Shown: positions 23,223 through 35,845 of the stretch, one piece after another | How the letters are laid out: each line of letters starts with the position of its first letter | How positions within the stretch are numbered: position 1 is the stretch's first letter | NCBI RefSeq assembly: GCF_001194135.2 | Contig: NC_068983.1 | Span: 89,574,030 to 89,613,549, forward strand | DNA: 39,520 nucleotides | Source of the DNA: Octopus bimaculoides | Taxonomy: Eukaryota | Direction of reading: 5' to 3' | The notes under the pieces: model-generated | What the model saw: the letters and a program-made list of their open reading frames with translations, nothing else | Told to the model about the DNA's origin: nothing | Database searches by the model: none | Translations under genes and position numbers: made by a program

Positions 23223-23957
23223 AACTGTAAAGAATGACGGAAAACACCATTGTTGACTCCTGCCATTATTCTAGCAATGTCAGTTCCTATAGCCAGTAAA
23301 TTTTTTAAATCTAATTTCTTTTTCACTAATTCAATTTTTAAGGCATCAACAATACCATCTGCATCACGTTTCTAAGTATACCATACTGAGATATGTATGT
23401 ACCACTTTTTTATGAGTGTCACTATAATATATAACAATTCCTAACAACTTGCTTATCAATTTTTCATTGGATTCATCTATTAACAGGCTAAATTTTCTGT
23501 CTCCTATATCAGAAATCAAATCTCCATCAAAATATGGAGCTAGAACATTTCTCACAATATTTGCACATTTTGTACAATGCAACTTCACTTTGGACATAAT
23601 ATCACTATCAGACATATAATTCTTGCATTACTCTATTAACTGATCACAACAATTAAATGAGGAGTGGCAACAAATAAACATTGATAAATTTGCTTCAAGC
23701 ATAGATGTCTTATCATTTTTGGTATTGATAAAATTGGTAAGCAGAATCATTTGCTGTGGAGCTGATGCCTTACGTTTCTTTGCTTCACAGTGGCTTACTG
23801 AAAGAGAATATTTTGCCAACATATTACATCTACAATATCTGCAATGTGCTTTAGATTGGTCACTAGGTACTTCACACAACCACCTAGTAAACATTGGCGT
23901 CTTAAGCCATTCCTTTCGAAATTTTTGCTTGTACAACTTTGTCTTTTCTTTGCTCAT
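23223..23957 (-). pseudogene. hAT-family transposase remnant (N-terminal zinc finger to CxxH region)
   Basis: QKFRKEWL...WLCEV..DQSKAHCRYC, FSLLIDES, AIGTDIARIMAGVNNGV, HSLQLAV; stops and deletions. Confidence 0.75.
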
Positions 23958-24932
23958 TATAATGTAGTGGGAAGCAAGAAAATAAATTGAATGATTAATA
24001 AAAATATAAAACTGAAAACACAACTTATCAGTTTGCTACTAACAATTCTTTCATTCATCATTAACAATTCTTATGTTTGCTGCTTACAAATTCTTGAGGT
24101 GAAGAATACTGATTCAGGATGCAGGGTGGCCAACTTATAAATGGAAAAGTAAAATCTGCAGAAATCCTAAAACTGCGTTCTGATATAAACCTGAGAACAT
24201 GATATTTCGCTTCCAATCTTACAATTAATATCTATTGGTAAAACCACAAATATAACTATAATACTTGAAAACAAAGTAGAAATATAAAGGGGGAGACCCT
24301 GCCACCCCCGTACTTCTATACAAAATATATAATCCAAAATAAGCATGAAAAAACACAGGCCTGTTTTAAAACAGTCAAACTGAAAGTAAATCAGTCAACC
24401 TGTCATGATAAAAACTCATCACTACAGAATAAAGCATTGTGAGGACGAATTTCTATGCTTTCATTCTTTGCAACATATTTACATTATTGTGTAGTGAGTT
24501 CAAGTGCTGACATGAGTTATCTTCTCCTCCTCCCCCCACCAACACCACTGTATCCAAGCCGGTGGTGTGGGGCTTGAAAAGTTCATAACCTCAAAAACTT
24601 CCTTTTGATAAAGTTTCATTTGAAGTTTCAAGATAGTGAAAGAAAATTGGATGTTTTATGTGACACATTCTACCAGTATACGAATTTTGAAAGTGTTTAG
24701 TTACAAAAAATAATCTTTTAAATGTGTCGGCCAAAGGGTAAAAGGAGGAAAAAAAAGAAAAAAAGGTAACTATTGTGGAAATGTCATGATCAGAGAAAAA
24801 TGCTAAATAAAATTTTGAACCTGCTAAATGCTGAAAAAAAAAAATGTTAGATCTAACATAAAATATGCTAAATTGGCAACCCTGGTGGTAATCCCAAAGT
24901 AAGGATATGACACAGCCTAGAAACAATTCACC

Positions 24933-25940
24933 TGTAGAACGACCGTGCAGACCAAGGAGAATGATGACAAATGGAACGGCTCCTTTTAATGCGTCGCACT
25001 GTTGACACAAATATAATAATATAAGTGAACTTGCATATGAATGTGAGGAAGTGCCAACAAGGAAAAGAGAGAGACAAAACCGGTAAAGATGAATAAAGAG
25101 AAAGTTTTATGAGAGCATTAAACTGTATGCCTGTGTGTGAGTGAATATGGCATAATAACACAATATAAGACAGGCCATCATGTAAACAAAGAGTGTGTGC
25201 ATGCAAATATGTGTAAGTGAATGCAACAGAATACAGAGCATGGAAACAGTCTATAATAAGGACGTTAAGCATCCTGAACACAAGGATAAGAAATACCAGT
25301 TCTTAGTTAAGGTACACAGTAGATTGAAAATCTGTATATAAGAGTTTGTGGCATTGAGGCAGAGCTAAGTCACATGTTGTGAATAGTTGAGGCTTCCATG
25401 CCGAGCCGGTTACTTGATACAGGAGTCCTCGCAGGTTGAGTTCTGTTAACCTTGGTGAAGATATTTCACAACAGTATTGAGTGAACCTGTGCAGGCGCTG
25501 TTTGGTTGCTGTGTACATAGAGACGTCGTGTTGACGCTGGCGACGAAGAAGCTGAAGGTGGCGTCGAAGATGGAGCTGGCAGCAAGGTGTGAAGCTGTGT
25601 CGTGTTGTCACTGGAAACTGGCTTGTTGGTGCTCTGTGGTCAACGACCAGACCTCAGAAGGTCTGAAGCCGCGACAATTTGGCATGGATAAAGCAGACTA
25701 TTTTATAGGAAAAAATCGGCTCCAGAAGCATCAGAAAACACTCTCTCATGTGACCTTATCAGAAGGCCACGATTGGTTGGTATGCACGCTGGCGTGAAAA
25801 AGAACCAGTGACAAATGCCACGCAAATAACAACCAATCAGGGCGATGTACACAGCAGGGTCCAAGATGCGGCCGAAGGCTTGATGTTACCCACTACGTCC
25901 GCATTTACAAATATACAACCAAGAGAGAAGCTTCGCTACA
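24933..25940. mobile_element. Solo LTR (1008 bp) with 4-bp TSD CACC
   Basis: Starts TGTAG, ends CTACA (perfect 5-bp inverted ends); CACC at 24929-24932 and 25941-25944; no internal coding region. Confidence 0.75.
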
Positions 25941-26142
25941 CACCAATGATTCCATCTAGGAAACTGCATCTACATGGCTCACTGCTATGAACTAGTATTC
26001 TCTTATTAATTCTTTTCTATAATAGTAAATATTAGGTAAAAATATAGGGACCCTATTTTGAACTGAGTATGCAATCATGATGTTGTATCGAATGATGTTG
26101 ATGGATGGATGTTGTCTTTACTTCATATAAAATCATGCATTT

Positions 26143-26217
26143 TTCAATGGACATGTTGGACAACATCTTCAATGGACATGTTGGACAACACCTTCAATGG
26201 ACATGTTGGACAACATT
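26143..26217 (+). repeat. 3 x 25-bp tandem repeat TTCAATGGACATGTTGGACAACA(TC/CC/TT)
   Basis: Direct read; encodes the FNGHVGQH motif at the RTE 5' junction. Confidence 0.9.
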
Positions 26218-28655
26218 CAGGGGGCTTCCATGGCGTACATGGAGGCTATGGTTTTGGTTCCTGAAATGAGGAGGGAACCAGGCTGCTGGAGTTCTGTGAT
26301 GCAAATGACCTTATGGTTTGCAATACTAACTTCAGGAAACCTGCCAGTCAGCTAGTCACCTACCGTTCTGGCAGACACACTAGCCAAAATGATTACATCC
26401 TCACCAGGAAAAGGCAAAGATGGCTGCTTATAAACGCCAAAACCTTCCAAGGCGACAAAAGAAACAGGCTTGGAAGGACTGGAAGAACGGAGGTAGCAGG
26501 GAATTGTATCAGACTGTCAGAAGGGAAGCTAGGCGACAAGTTTATTTAGCCAGAGGGGAAGCAGATAAGAATAAATTTGCCAATGTTCTGCGCCGTGAGG
26601 ACCAAAGACTTGAAGTATTTCATGTTGCAAGACAGTGTGTGATAGAGAATCGTGATGTCCTAGAGAATCGTGATGTGTTCGTATGGATGATGGTACACTT
26701 GCACTAAACGATGAGATGCAGTTTGGGTTCGTGCCTGGGAAAAGCACCACTGATGCTATATTTCTGGTAAGACAGCTGCAGGAGAAATACCTAACCAAAG
26801 ATAAACCTCTGTACCTGGCTTTTGTTGACATGCAGAAAGCCTTTGACTGGGTCTCCCGATCCCTTATCTGGTGGTCAATGATGAAACTAGGGATAGAAGA
26901 ATGGTTAGTGAGAGCTGTGTGAGCCATGTAGAGATGCTGTCAGTAAGGTGAGGGTTCGCAACAAGTACAGTGAAGAATTCCAAGTAGAGGTAGGGGTCAA
27001 CCAAGGTTCTGTCCTCAGCCCCTTCCTATTTATCATAGTCCTCCAGGCGATAACAGAGGAATTCAAGACAGGATGCCCCTGGGAGTTCCTCTATGCTGAT
27101 GACCTTGCACTAATTGTTGGTTACTATGAAAACTAAAGGAGAAGTTTCAGATGTGGGAGCAAGGACTAGAATCGAAGGGCCTTAGAGTCAACCTAGCTAA
27201 AACCAAAGTCCTAATAAGTAGGAAGGTAGATAAAACACAAACCCCTTCAGGTAGAAACTCTATAAGATGTACCCAGTGTAAGCTATGGACACATAAGAGG
27301 TGCAGCAATATCAAAGGCAGGTTAACTAGGAAGTTAGTTTTTGTATGTGGCAGATGTTCAGGAGCAATAGACACTGAAAATGTGCAGGAAACAACTTTTG
27401 CCACATTCCAGGTAGAAAAACTAGATGTAGTTGATAGCTTCTGCTATCTAGGTGACCAAGTTAGTAGTGGGGGTGGGTGCGCTGAAAGTGTAGCTGCTAG
27501 AATAAGAATAGCCTGGGCAAAGTTCAGAGAGCTCTTACCTCTGCTGGTGACAAAGGGTCTCTCTCTCAGAGTAAAAGGCAGACCGTATGTCGCATGTGTA
27601 CGAACAGCCATGCTTCATGTCAGTGAAACATGGGCCGTGACTGTTGAAGACATGCGTAGGCTCGCAAGGAATGAAGCAAGTATGCGCCGATGGATGTGTA
27701 ATGTCAGTGTGCATACTCAACAGAGTGTAAGTACTTTGAGAGAAAAGTTAAACCTAAGAAGCATCAGTTGTGGTGTGCAAGAGAGACGATTGCACTGGTA
27801 TGGTCATGTGGCGAGAATGAATGAGGATAGCTGTGTGAAAAAGTGCCACACCCTAGCGATTGAGGGAACCTGTGGTAGAGGTAGATCCAGGAAAACCTGG
27901 GATGAGGTTGTGAAGCACAACCTTTGAACTTTGGGCCTCACCGAGGCAATGACTTGTGACTGAGACCTTTGGAGATATGTTGTGCGTGAGAGGACCCGGC
28001 AAGCCAAGTGAGACCATAATCCAAGGCCTCTGCCAGGGGAGTAGCCAGCCCACTTATATGTACCTTTCATTCATTGGACACAAAACACTGCTTGCAAAGA
28101 CCTATTGAGTCAAGTGAAATCGAAATCAAACTAAATTCTACGACTGGCACCCATGCCAACATCTCCCTCATTGGACACTGAACTCAGCTTGTGAAGACCT
28201 GCTGGGGCAAGTGAAAGCAAAATCCTGATGGCACCTGTACCAGTGGTGCGCTAACAGCACTGTCTGAGCGTGATCGTTGCCAGAGCAGCTGTCTGGCTTC
28301 CGTGCCAGTGACATGTAAATAGCACCATTTGAGCGTGATTGGTACTTGTGCCAGTGGAACGTGAAAAGACATTCGAGCGAGGTCATTGCCAGTGCCGCGG
28401 GACTGGCCCCTGTGCAGGTGGCACGTAAAATACACCATTTTGAGCATGGCCGTTGCCAGTACCACCTGACTGGCCTTCGTGCGGGTGGCACATAAAAGCA
28501 CTCACTATACTCTCGGAGTGGTTGGCGTTAGGAAGGGCATCCAGCTGTAGAAATTCTGCCAAATCAGATTGGAGCCTGATGTAGCCATCAGTCCTCAGTC
28601 AAATCGTCCAACCCATGCTAGCATGGAAAGCGGACGTTAAACAATGATGATGGTT
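26143..28655 (+). mobile_element. 5'-truncated, internally deleted RTE-clade LINE
   Basis: Endonuclease FNGHVG...LLEFCDANDLMVCNT; RT MQFGFVPGKSTTDAIF, QGSVLSPFLF, LYADD; C-terminus 27151-27927; modular 3' UTR and GAT tail. Confidence 0.92.
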
Positions 28656-28664
28656 ATGATTGTC

Positions 28665-29650
28665 AGGCAGCCATGATCAATGGTTTAGATGGTGAGCAGA
28701 ACAAGTTTGAATAAAAGCCTTCTTTTGAGTTGTTTTACAACACTTACCAACACCTTGTGAGTTCACATGAACAATACCAACATGTCTCTGAGAAAATTCT
28801 CCAAATGATTTTTCCTTGCTGTTGTAGCTTTGGCGATCATGTGCAAACATGCTTCTCAGCACATGAAATGTTTCTAGCAACACCACCAAGATGCCAGTAG
28901 CTATGCTACCTGCAATACCGTTCACATCAGCCAACATGCCCAGTAAATTCCTGTTTGTCTTGTTTTCTTTGTTATTCATCCTCAAAAAAGACTATCAGTA
29001 TCAAATGCCTGCTATCAGTTCATCTTGAGTCTCTAACAATATCAACCATGCCATTTGAAAAACAATATCAGCACATTCTTCCACTGATGCCTCCATCTAC
29101 TTCAGTGACAGGAATGAGATTAGTCAGCATGTTTTCTCCAGTGCAGTATGGAAAAAGACCATTTTCTTCATCAAGATTTTTATACTTTTCTTACTGATTT
29201 CTCCTACTTTCCACTAATATAAGCATACTTCTTAATACTTTCACATTGCACACATTTTGACATGCACATATTCACATTTAATATGCATACAAGCACCCAG
29301 AATAACCTGCACATACACACTTAGCAAACATTCATTGCTAGCAATATGCATAAAATTACTATGGGTAGAAGATGCAATCTTACTCCAGCTGCATATGTCC
29401 CTAAGCTCGAGAATAGGTTCACAATTCCAACCCACTGGTATTCAAGGCAAATGTGCATATTTAAATGTACCTGAATATGCAACTACCAACCCATTGGTAG
29501 TCACTACACTGATTCACTGGAAAACATGCACATGACCGGTACAAGTTACTCACTCAGTTACACATTTAACTGTACTCATCTGGTTCACATGCCTGTATGT
29601 TGTCTCATCAGATCTTCTTACCTAGTATTTTTACAATTATACTCTGGTAT
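28665..29650 (-). pseudogene. Very old hAT-like transposase remnant
   Basis: NLLGML...GSIATGIL and terminal CSAHHLN (CxxH-like); a TTF-finger-like trace near 29350-29400. Heavily degraded. Confidence 0.4.
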
Positions 29651-31149
29651 AACATTTAATCAACATTTTTAATCTTGCATTCACCCTTTTCTAATAATGC
29701 TTTTTTTTTATACATTTCACATCTGCAATTCCTGCACTATTCTCATTTTGTTCAATTCACTGTGATTGGACATTTTCACTGGCAGAAGAGTTAAGTTCTA
29801 AGACTGTTCAGCTGTCAGATCACTACACCCAATATTCTTTAATGAATAGGTAGTGTCATTTACATTTCTTCCTTTTCTGCATGCATGCTGCAATATTTTT
29901 GGTAGTTCCAAAAAATGAAAAAAATGATTTGCAATTTCGTGTTTCATAAATCTTTTTATATTTAATACTTGTTAATGTGGTTTCTTCCTAGGTGCTATTT
30001 TTTAGTACTTTTCACTTTCGTTTAGTGTTTTTTAGTGCCTTTTGAATAGGCAATTACTGTACTGAGAATCTAAACCAATTTAAAAACCTACCAGACAAAA
30101 TTAACAGTAACATTTTATTTCAAGCAATACATAATTATAATAAGTCATCTGTTATCATTAATACATTATGGACAGCAATCTGTTAAATGTTAGGTTATCT
30201 TCATAAACAGAAAGGATGAAAATGTACCAAAAAACCTCATAGCTACTGATGTATTGTCCTTTTTTTAATCTTGCTGGAAATGATTAATTTCATCATGGTT
30301 GTTTTATTGCATCAGAACAAACATTTCAGCATTAGAACTCTTGATGATACATTCACAGACATATGTGCAGGTGTGTGGTGCATTTTTAAAATTCTTTATT
30401 TTAGGCAAGGGGGTAAACAGCGCCCAGGATTCTTTACAGGTCCTCTGAGATTAGTGGGAAGACCTAGCCTTATAAGTGGTAAATTGGCAGAATTGTAAAA
30501 ATGTCAGACTGAATTCTTTGTAGCATTTTTTTAGGCCTTCCCACCTAAGTTCAAATGTTGCCATGGTCAATCTGGGATGTTGAAGTAACCTATAATTTGG
30601 CTTAACATAATCACTTGGCATATGGATATCTCTAGCAAAGTCAACTCTGTTGCAACTATTTGGACCAGGTTTTCAGTTTGAAGATACCTGCCTTCCTTCA
30701 ACCAGTCTTGAAGGTCTTGTAAAGAATCAATGGCACTAATGGAAATAGCAATTAAAAAATTGCCTCCCCGATCTATGCATTAATGCTGAAATCCTGCATA
30801 GCCTTTCATAACCTTTTGTAATCTCATTCCAAAAAGAGGGGATTGCTAGCATTTTTAAATAGACCACTTGAACATTGTGGAAATTCTTTCCACATGAAAC
30901 CATTGGTAGTATTGTTAATCCACCAAACGTGGTATTCAGCCCTCATTCTCACTTTTCAATATTTATATATATTTAAAGTGATTATACAATCATCTATGTA
31001 ATAATAACTACATGATATACTAGTATACACGAGTGAAATGTGTAAAGATTATGCAATTTATGATGTTATAATAAACAGTTTAACTGAATTTGCTATTATA
31101 ATCTGTTCAAGGATGGCTGCATAAAGAAGTGCTGATCTTTAATTGTGGA

Positions 31150-31790
31150 GGGAGCCCATGAACAGGGTAGACCTGGAAAGACATGGGACAAAGTGGTGAG
31201 AAAGGATATTCAGACGTTGGACCTCACAGAGGAAATGACAAGGGACCAAGACTTCTGGCAGTTTGCTGTGCTTCAGAAAACACATCAAGCTAAATAAAAC
31301 CATGGCCATCTATACATACAGGTAATGTCCTCTTTCAGCTGATAGGTCCTTGTCTTAAGGGCTCACAGATGCTGATGTTATGTAAAGAGCACTCATGCCA
31401 GTGCCATATAAAGCACCCATGCCAGTGCTACATGAAAGCGCCCATACCAGTGCCATGTAAAACCTCTTGTACCAGTGACACATAAAAACTCCCATGCCAG
31501 TACCACACATAAGCGCCTGTGCTGGTGCCATATAAAAGCTCCCATGCTGATGCCACATAAAAACACTTGTGCTGATGTCACGTAAAAGTGCCCATGCTGA
31601 TGCCATGTGAAAAGCTCTCAGTACATTCTGTAAAGTGGTTGGTGTTAGGAAGGTATCCAGCCATAGAAAACATGCCAAAACAGACAATTGGAGCCAGGTG
31701 CAACTCTCAACTTGCCAAGTCTTGTCAAACTAACCAACTCGTGCCAGTATAGAAAGGGGACATTAAATGATGATGATGATGTATGTATGT
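31150..31790 (+). mobile_element. 3' end of an RTE copy with an expanded ~25-bp array in its UTR
   Basis: GRPGKTWDKVV...DQDFWQFAVLQKT at 31165-31290; array at 31367-31620; standard tail ending (GAT)n near 31780. Confidence 0.75.
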
Positions 31791-31949
31791 ATATATATAT
31801 ATATATGGTGGACTCTCCCATTGAAGACAACGTATGAGCTCTCAGCTTTTTCTGATCAAATGTTCGTGCCACACATTAGTTCAAACTCTCCATTAAATCA
31901 ACATTGTCTGAACAGGTGCACTGTGTACCATATACCAGGTGTCAAAGTG

Positions 31950-32070
31950 ATCACAGAGAAATGTGCGATGAAGTGTTTTGCTCAAGAACACAACACACCA
32001 CCCAGGCTAGGAATTGAAATCACGATCATGAGTGCAACACCCTGACCACTAAGTCGTGTGCTCTCACTAA
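31950..32070 (-). mobile_element. tRNA-headed SINE with a V-domain-like core
   Basis: Minus strand A-box-like TTAGTGGTCAGG, B-box-like GATTTCAATTCC, then GTGTTCTTGAGCAAAACACTT, resembling the V-SINE core GTGTCCTTGAGCAAGGCACTT. Confidence 0.6.
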
Positions 32071-32149
32071 ATATATAGGTATATATGTGTATATATAAAT
32101 AATAGTTATTATGATAAGAAGTTTTACAGTGTAATGTTTGTTGGTGCCT

Positions 32150-32245
32150 GGTGTTGCCATCCGGTTTCACCAGTCCTCAGTCAAATCGTCCAACCCATGC
32201 TAGCATGGAAAGCGGACGTTAAACGATGATGATGATGATGATGAC
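32150..32245 (+). mobile_element. Short 5'-truncated RTE tail
   Basis: Near-identical to the reverse complement of 39315-39410; ends (GAT)n. Confidence 0.85.
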
Positions 32246-32249
32246 ACCT

Positions 32250-32720
32250 ATGAACGAATAAAATAAGGCATTTAAGAAAATCCCGCACACAACTGGCCTT
32301 AAAATCAGAGTTGTAGAAAAGACAGTAGGACTATCAAATCTGTATTAAGTAAGTCATACCCATTTGATAAAATCATGTGTCGGAATAATTGTGCAGTATA
32401 TTCAGTAAACCCACGTGAACTGCAAAAAGAAAAACACTGTATACTAGATTAAGTGCCAAGAAGGGACTTGCGCGATTATCCCAGAGTCTTTTTGGAGCAT
32501 CAATGATAGGCTCAAAGACCACCTGGAAAACTACACTGAGAAAAAAAAAACAAACATCTATGAACATGTTGTAGACTGCCACAATGGATCCTTAGGGAGA
32601 CTTAGGTTAGGCATCCTATCTATACATCCCACTGATGCAATGCTGAGACAAGTCACCGAAGCTGTCTGTATACAGGAATATAAACCCACCCTCAACTGTA
32701 AATCCGAATGGGGTAGCACC
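32250..32720 (+). mobile_element. Penelope-like element fragment (GIY-YIG endonuclease C-terminal region)
   Basis: Across frameshifts: IKSVLSKSYPF, NCKKKNTVY*IKC, RLKDH...IYEHVVDCH, MLRQVTEAVCIQEYKPTLNCKSEWG. Confidence 0.7.
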
Positions 32721-33138
32721 CAGATTCCACTTGGGAGTACTGATCTATAATCACCCCTTTCTCTCATTTAGATGTAAAAATCCATACATACATGTTGAGA
32801 TGCATGATACTGAAATACATATATGTAGTTATATATAATCGTATGAGTGTACATAGTTTAATTTGTATGTACATATGTGTAGATGTGTATTTTAGCATGT
32901 ATGTGTATGTGTGTAAGTTATGAGTGTGTATATGCATGCACATATGGGTATGTGTGTGTGTATGTATATANNNNNNNNNNNNNNNNNNNNNNNNNNNNNN
33001 NNNNNNNNNNNNNNNNNNNNNNNNNNNNNNNNNNNNNNNNNNNNNNNNNNNNNNNNNNNNNNNNNNNNNNNNNNNNNNNNNNNNNNNNNNNNNNNNNNNN
33101 NNNNNNNNNNNNNNNNNNNNNNNNNNNNNNNNNNNNNN

Positions 33139-34163
33139 GTGCTAGCGTAATGAAAACAGCTGAAATGTTTGGTGTATCAAGAAGTACTGTCTCAAAAGTA
33201 ATGACAGCCTTTGAGAAAGAGGGAAAAACCTCCTCGTCAAAACAAAACTCTGGAAGAAAACCAAATCTTTCAGATAGAAACCGTTGGACTCTTATACGAA
33301 TTGTTTGAAAGGATCACAAAAGTACAGCTCCCAAAATTACTGCAGAGCTTAATGACCACCTTGAGAACCCAGTTTCCACAAAACTGTTCGCTGGGAGCTG
33401 CACAAAGCTGGATTTCACAGGAGGGCTGCAATCAGAAAAGCACTACTTTCAAAAACAAACGTTGCAAAGTGTTTAGAGTGGAGTAAAAAACTACAGAATA
33501 GGTCCCTAGAGCAGTGGAAGAATGTAATTTTCTCAGACAAGTCATCCTTTACATTATTTCCGACCACCAGCCGAGTATATGAGTGGAGACAGCCAAAAGG
33601 AGCATTTGACCCAGACTGCCTTCTTCCAACTGTTAAACATGGAGGAGGATTTGTGATGATCTGGGGGGCTATATCTTGGAAATCCGCTGGCCCAATGGTT
33701 TCCCTTCATGGCAGAATTAATAGTCAAGACTATTTAAGCATTTTATCTAATCAAATTCATCCTATGGTTGCAGAACTGTTTCTGGAGGGTAACACAATCT
33801 TTCAGGATAATAATGCACTAATTCACACAGCTAAAGTTGTTACTGAATGGCATGAGGAACATTCTAGTGAAGTTGAACATCTCACCTGGCCACCACAGTC
33901 CCAGATCTTAATATTATTGAACATTTATGGTGCATTTTAGTAAAACATGTAAGGAGTTAATATTCTCCACCATCACCGCTACAAGAACTGGAGACTGTTT
34001 TAGCTGAAGAATGGACAAAAATTCCTTTGGAAACAATTCAAACTTTGTACAAGTCCATGCCTCATAGAATTCAAGCTGTAATTACTGCCAAAGGTAGTTC
34101 TACCCCATATTAAAATAAATGTTTGAAATTTTAAGGTGTTTCCATTATTTTGTCCAACACCTG
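33139..34163 (+). mobile_element. Tc1-family DNA transposon, near-complete decayed transposase; left end lost in N gap
   Basis: HTH GVSRSTVS, SGRKP, FSD(K)SSF, VKHGGG.VMIWG, FQDNNA, WPPQSPDLNIIEHLW (1-nt deletion), stop at 34111-34113; right TIR ...TTGTCCAACACCTG followed by TA. Confidence 0.92.
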
Positions 34164-34429
34164 TATGTGTGTATGCACATATATATGTATATGTCTATGT
34201 AAAATACAAGGAAAAAAAATTTTGAATTTTAACCATTGTCTGCGAAAATAGTGACATTTATGTGTAGATGGATAAGCATATATATGTGTATATTTTAAGA
34301 TTATACTCATATATGTGTATGTGTACGTGTTCATATGATTGTGTGTGCTTGTACATAAGTATAGGTAGGTTTATATTTGCATGTCTCTATCTAAGACATT
34401 GTATCCATTCACCGTTAGACGGTGGTGAG

Positions 34430-34472
<43 letters not shown>

Positions 34473-34699
34473 ACCTTCAACAGAGTAACAGTCATACATG
34501 AACAAACACACATATCAGTACATAAACATACGTTCACATGTACATACACATATACACACACGCAGACACGTCTACATACATACCTAAATGCTCACATACA
34601 TACATAAATATATAGATACATATGTACATATACACATGCATGTAGGCATGCATACATACATACATACATACATACATACATACATACATAAACAGTGGC

Positions 34700-35845
34700 C
34701 TACAATGTGTTTGCAGTGCCAGTACTCATGCCAACATTTGGACGCTTGGTGAGATCCAAGCCATTGATGTGAAAAGCCAAAAAATACTAACAAGCACACA
34801 TAATTTCCACGTAAACAGTGATGTAGACCGCTTCTACCTAAAATGAAAACAAGGCGGAAGAGGCTTAACATCAATCTAAAATGCCTTTGAATGTTGCATC
34901 CCTTTGGCAACATCTTTCAACCAACAAGTGGCGAAGTGCATCCCTTGACCAAATTTGTATACATGAGGCTGATAACATCATAAGACTTGGAAGGCAGCTC
35001 CTTGAGCAACACACTTTGTCTGATATCCTAGAATACATGCCCAAAGAAGTTGCAGGACTCTACCGCAACATATCATCAGATGAAATGATAAGCAGAAGAT
35101 TATGCATGGATATGTTACTAGAAAGCTCCGTGATAATAGTAACATCGATCATCAAAGCAGTTTATCATGGACCAATAGCTGGGAACAGGAAATATCAACC
35201 AAGTACTTGATGCACAAAAGGAATAGAAACGCAGGTAAAAACGTAAAGTGTGAAAACTGATACAGACTTTGTGGAGTTCACACTGAAGATATCACCCACA
35301 TCATAAGCAGTTGTCCGAAAATGTCATCACAGTATTATCTACCAATGAAACATGATGTTTGTAGCTAGGGCACTCTATAATGAAATCCGTCGGAAGGATA
35401 ATCCCAAGACAAAGAAATAAGAACCCACAATATGATAGAAGCCATTGCCACTCATAATATAAAGGAATACTGGTGGAATGTACCAGTGAAGACCTCAATA
35501 CAATGTAAGCACGACAGACCTGATATAATGATTTGGGGTAGAGAAGAGAAACTGTGTACAGTTGTGGAAATTAGCTGCCCAGCGGATGTTAACATAAAGC
35601 TGAAGATCAGTGAAAAAGAGAATACTTATGCTGAACTATTGAGAAATCTGTAGTTACTCTATCCAGATTACAAGTTCAGCTTTATACCTGTAACTATTAG
35701 GGCCCTGGGATATGTAACACACTACCTAAATACCAATCTTAAATTAGGCTTCTCAAAGCCAGAAAGGAGAAAGCTAAATTGAAGACTACAAATCCAATCT
35801 GGAACTGTAAAAATCTGTAAAACTTACCAGAAGTTTATCATTTAA
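34700..35845 (+). mobile_element. 3' part of an R4/NeSL-type non-LTR retrotransposon with a restriction-like endonuclease
   Basis: NVFAVPVL...DVDRFY...GGRGL; CCHC knuckle (R)LCGVHTEDITHIISSC...H; REL motif HDRPDIMIW...VEISCP...EKENTY...IPVTIRALG. Confidence 0.8.

Noticed and set aside
24122-24884. hAT-like TIR pair CAGGGTGGCCAAC / ATTGGCAACCCTG (11/13)
   Set aside because: The flanking 8-mers (TCAGGATG vs GTGGTAAT) do not form a TSD, so they are probably ends of different elements.
26143-26217. CRISPR-like direct repeats (also the array at 31367-31620)
   Set aside because: Head-to-tail units with no unique spacers, in eukaryotic LINE sequence, with no cas genes.
30600-30960. Minus-strand open stretch CIDRGG...LQDLQDWLKEGRYL
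   Set aside because: Contains stops, has no recognisable motif and no convincing splice sites; left unassigned.
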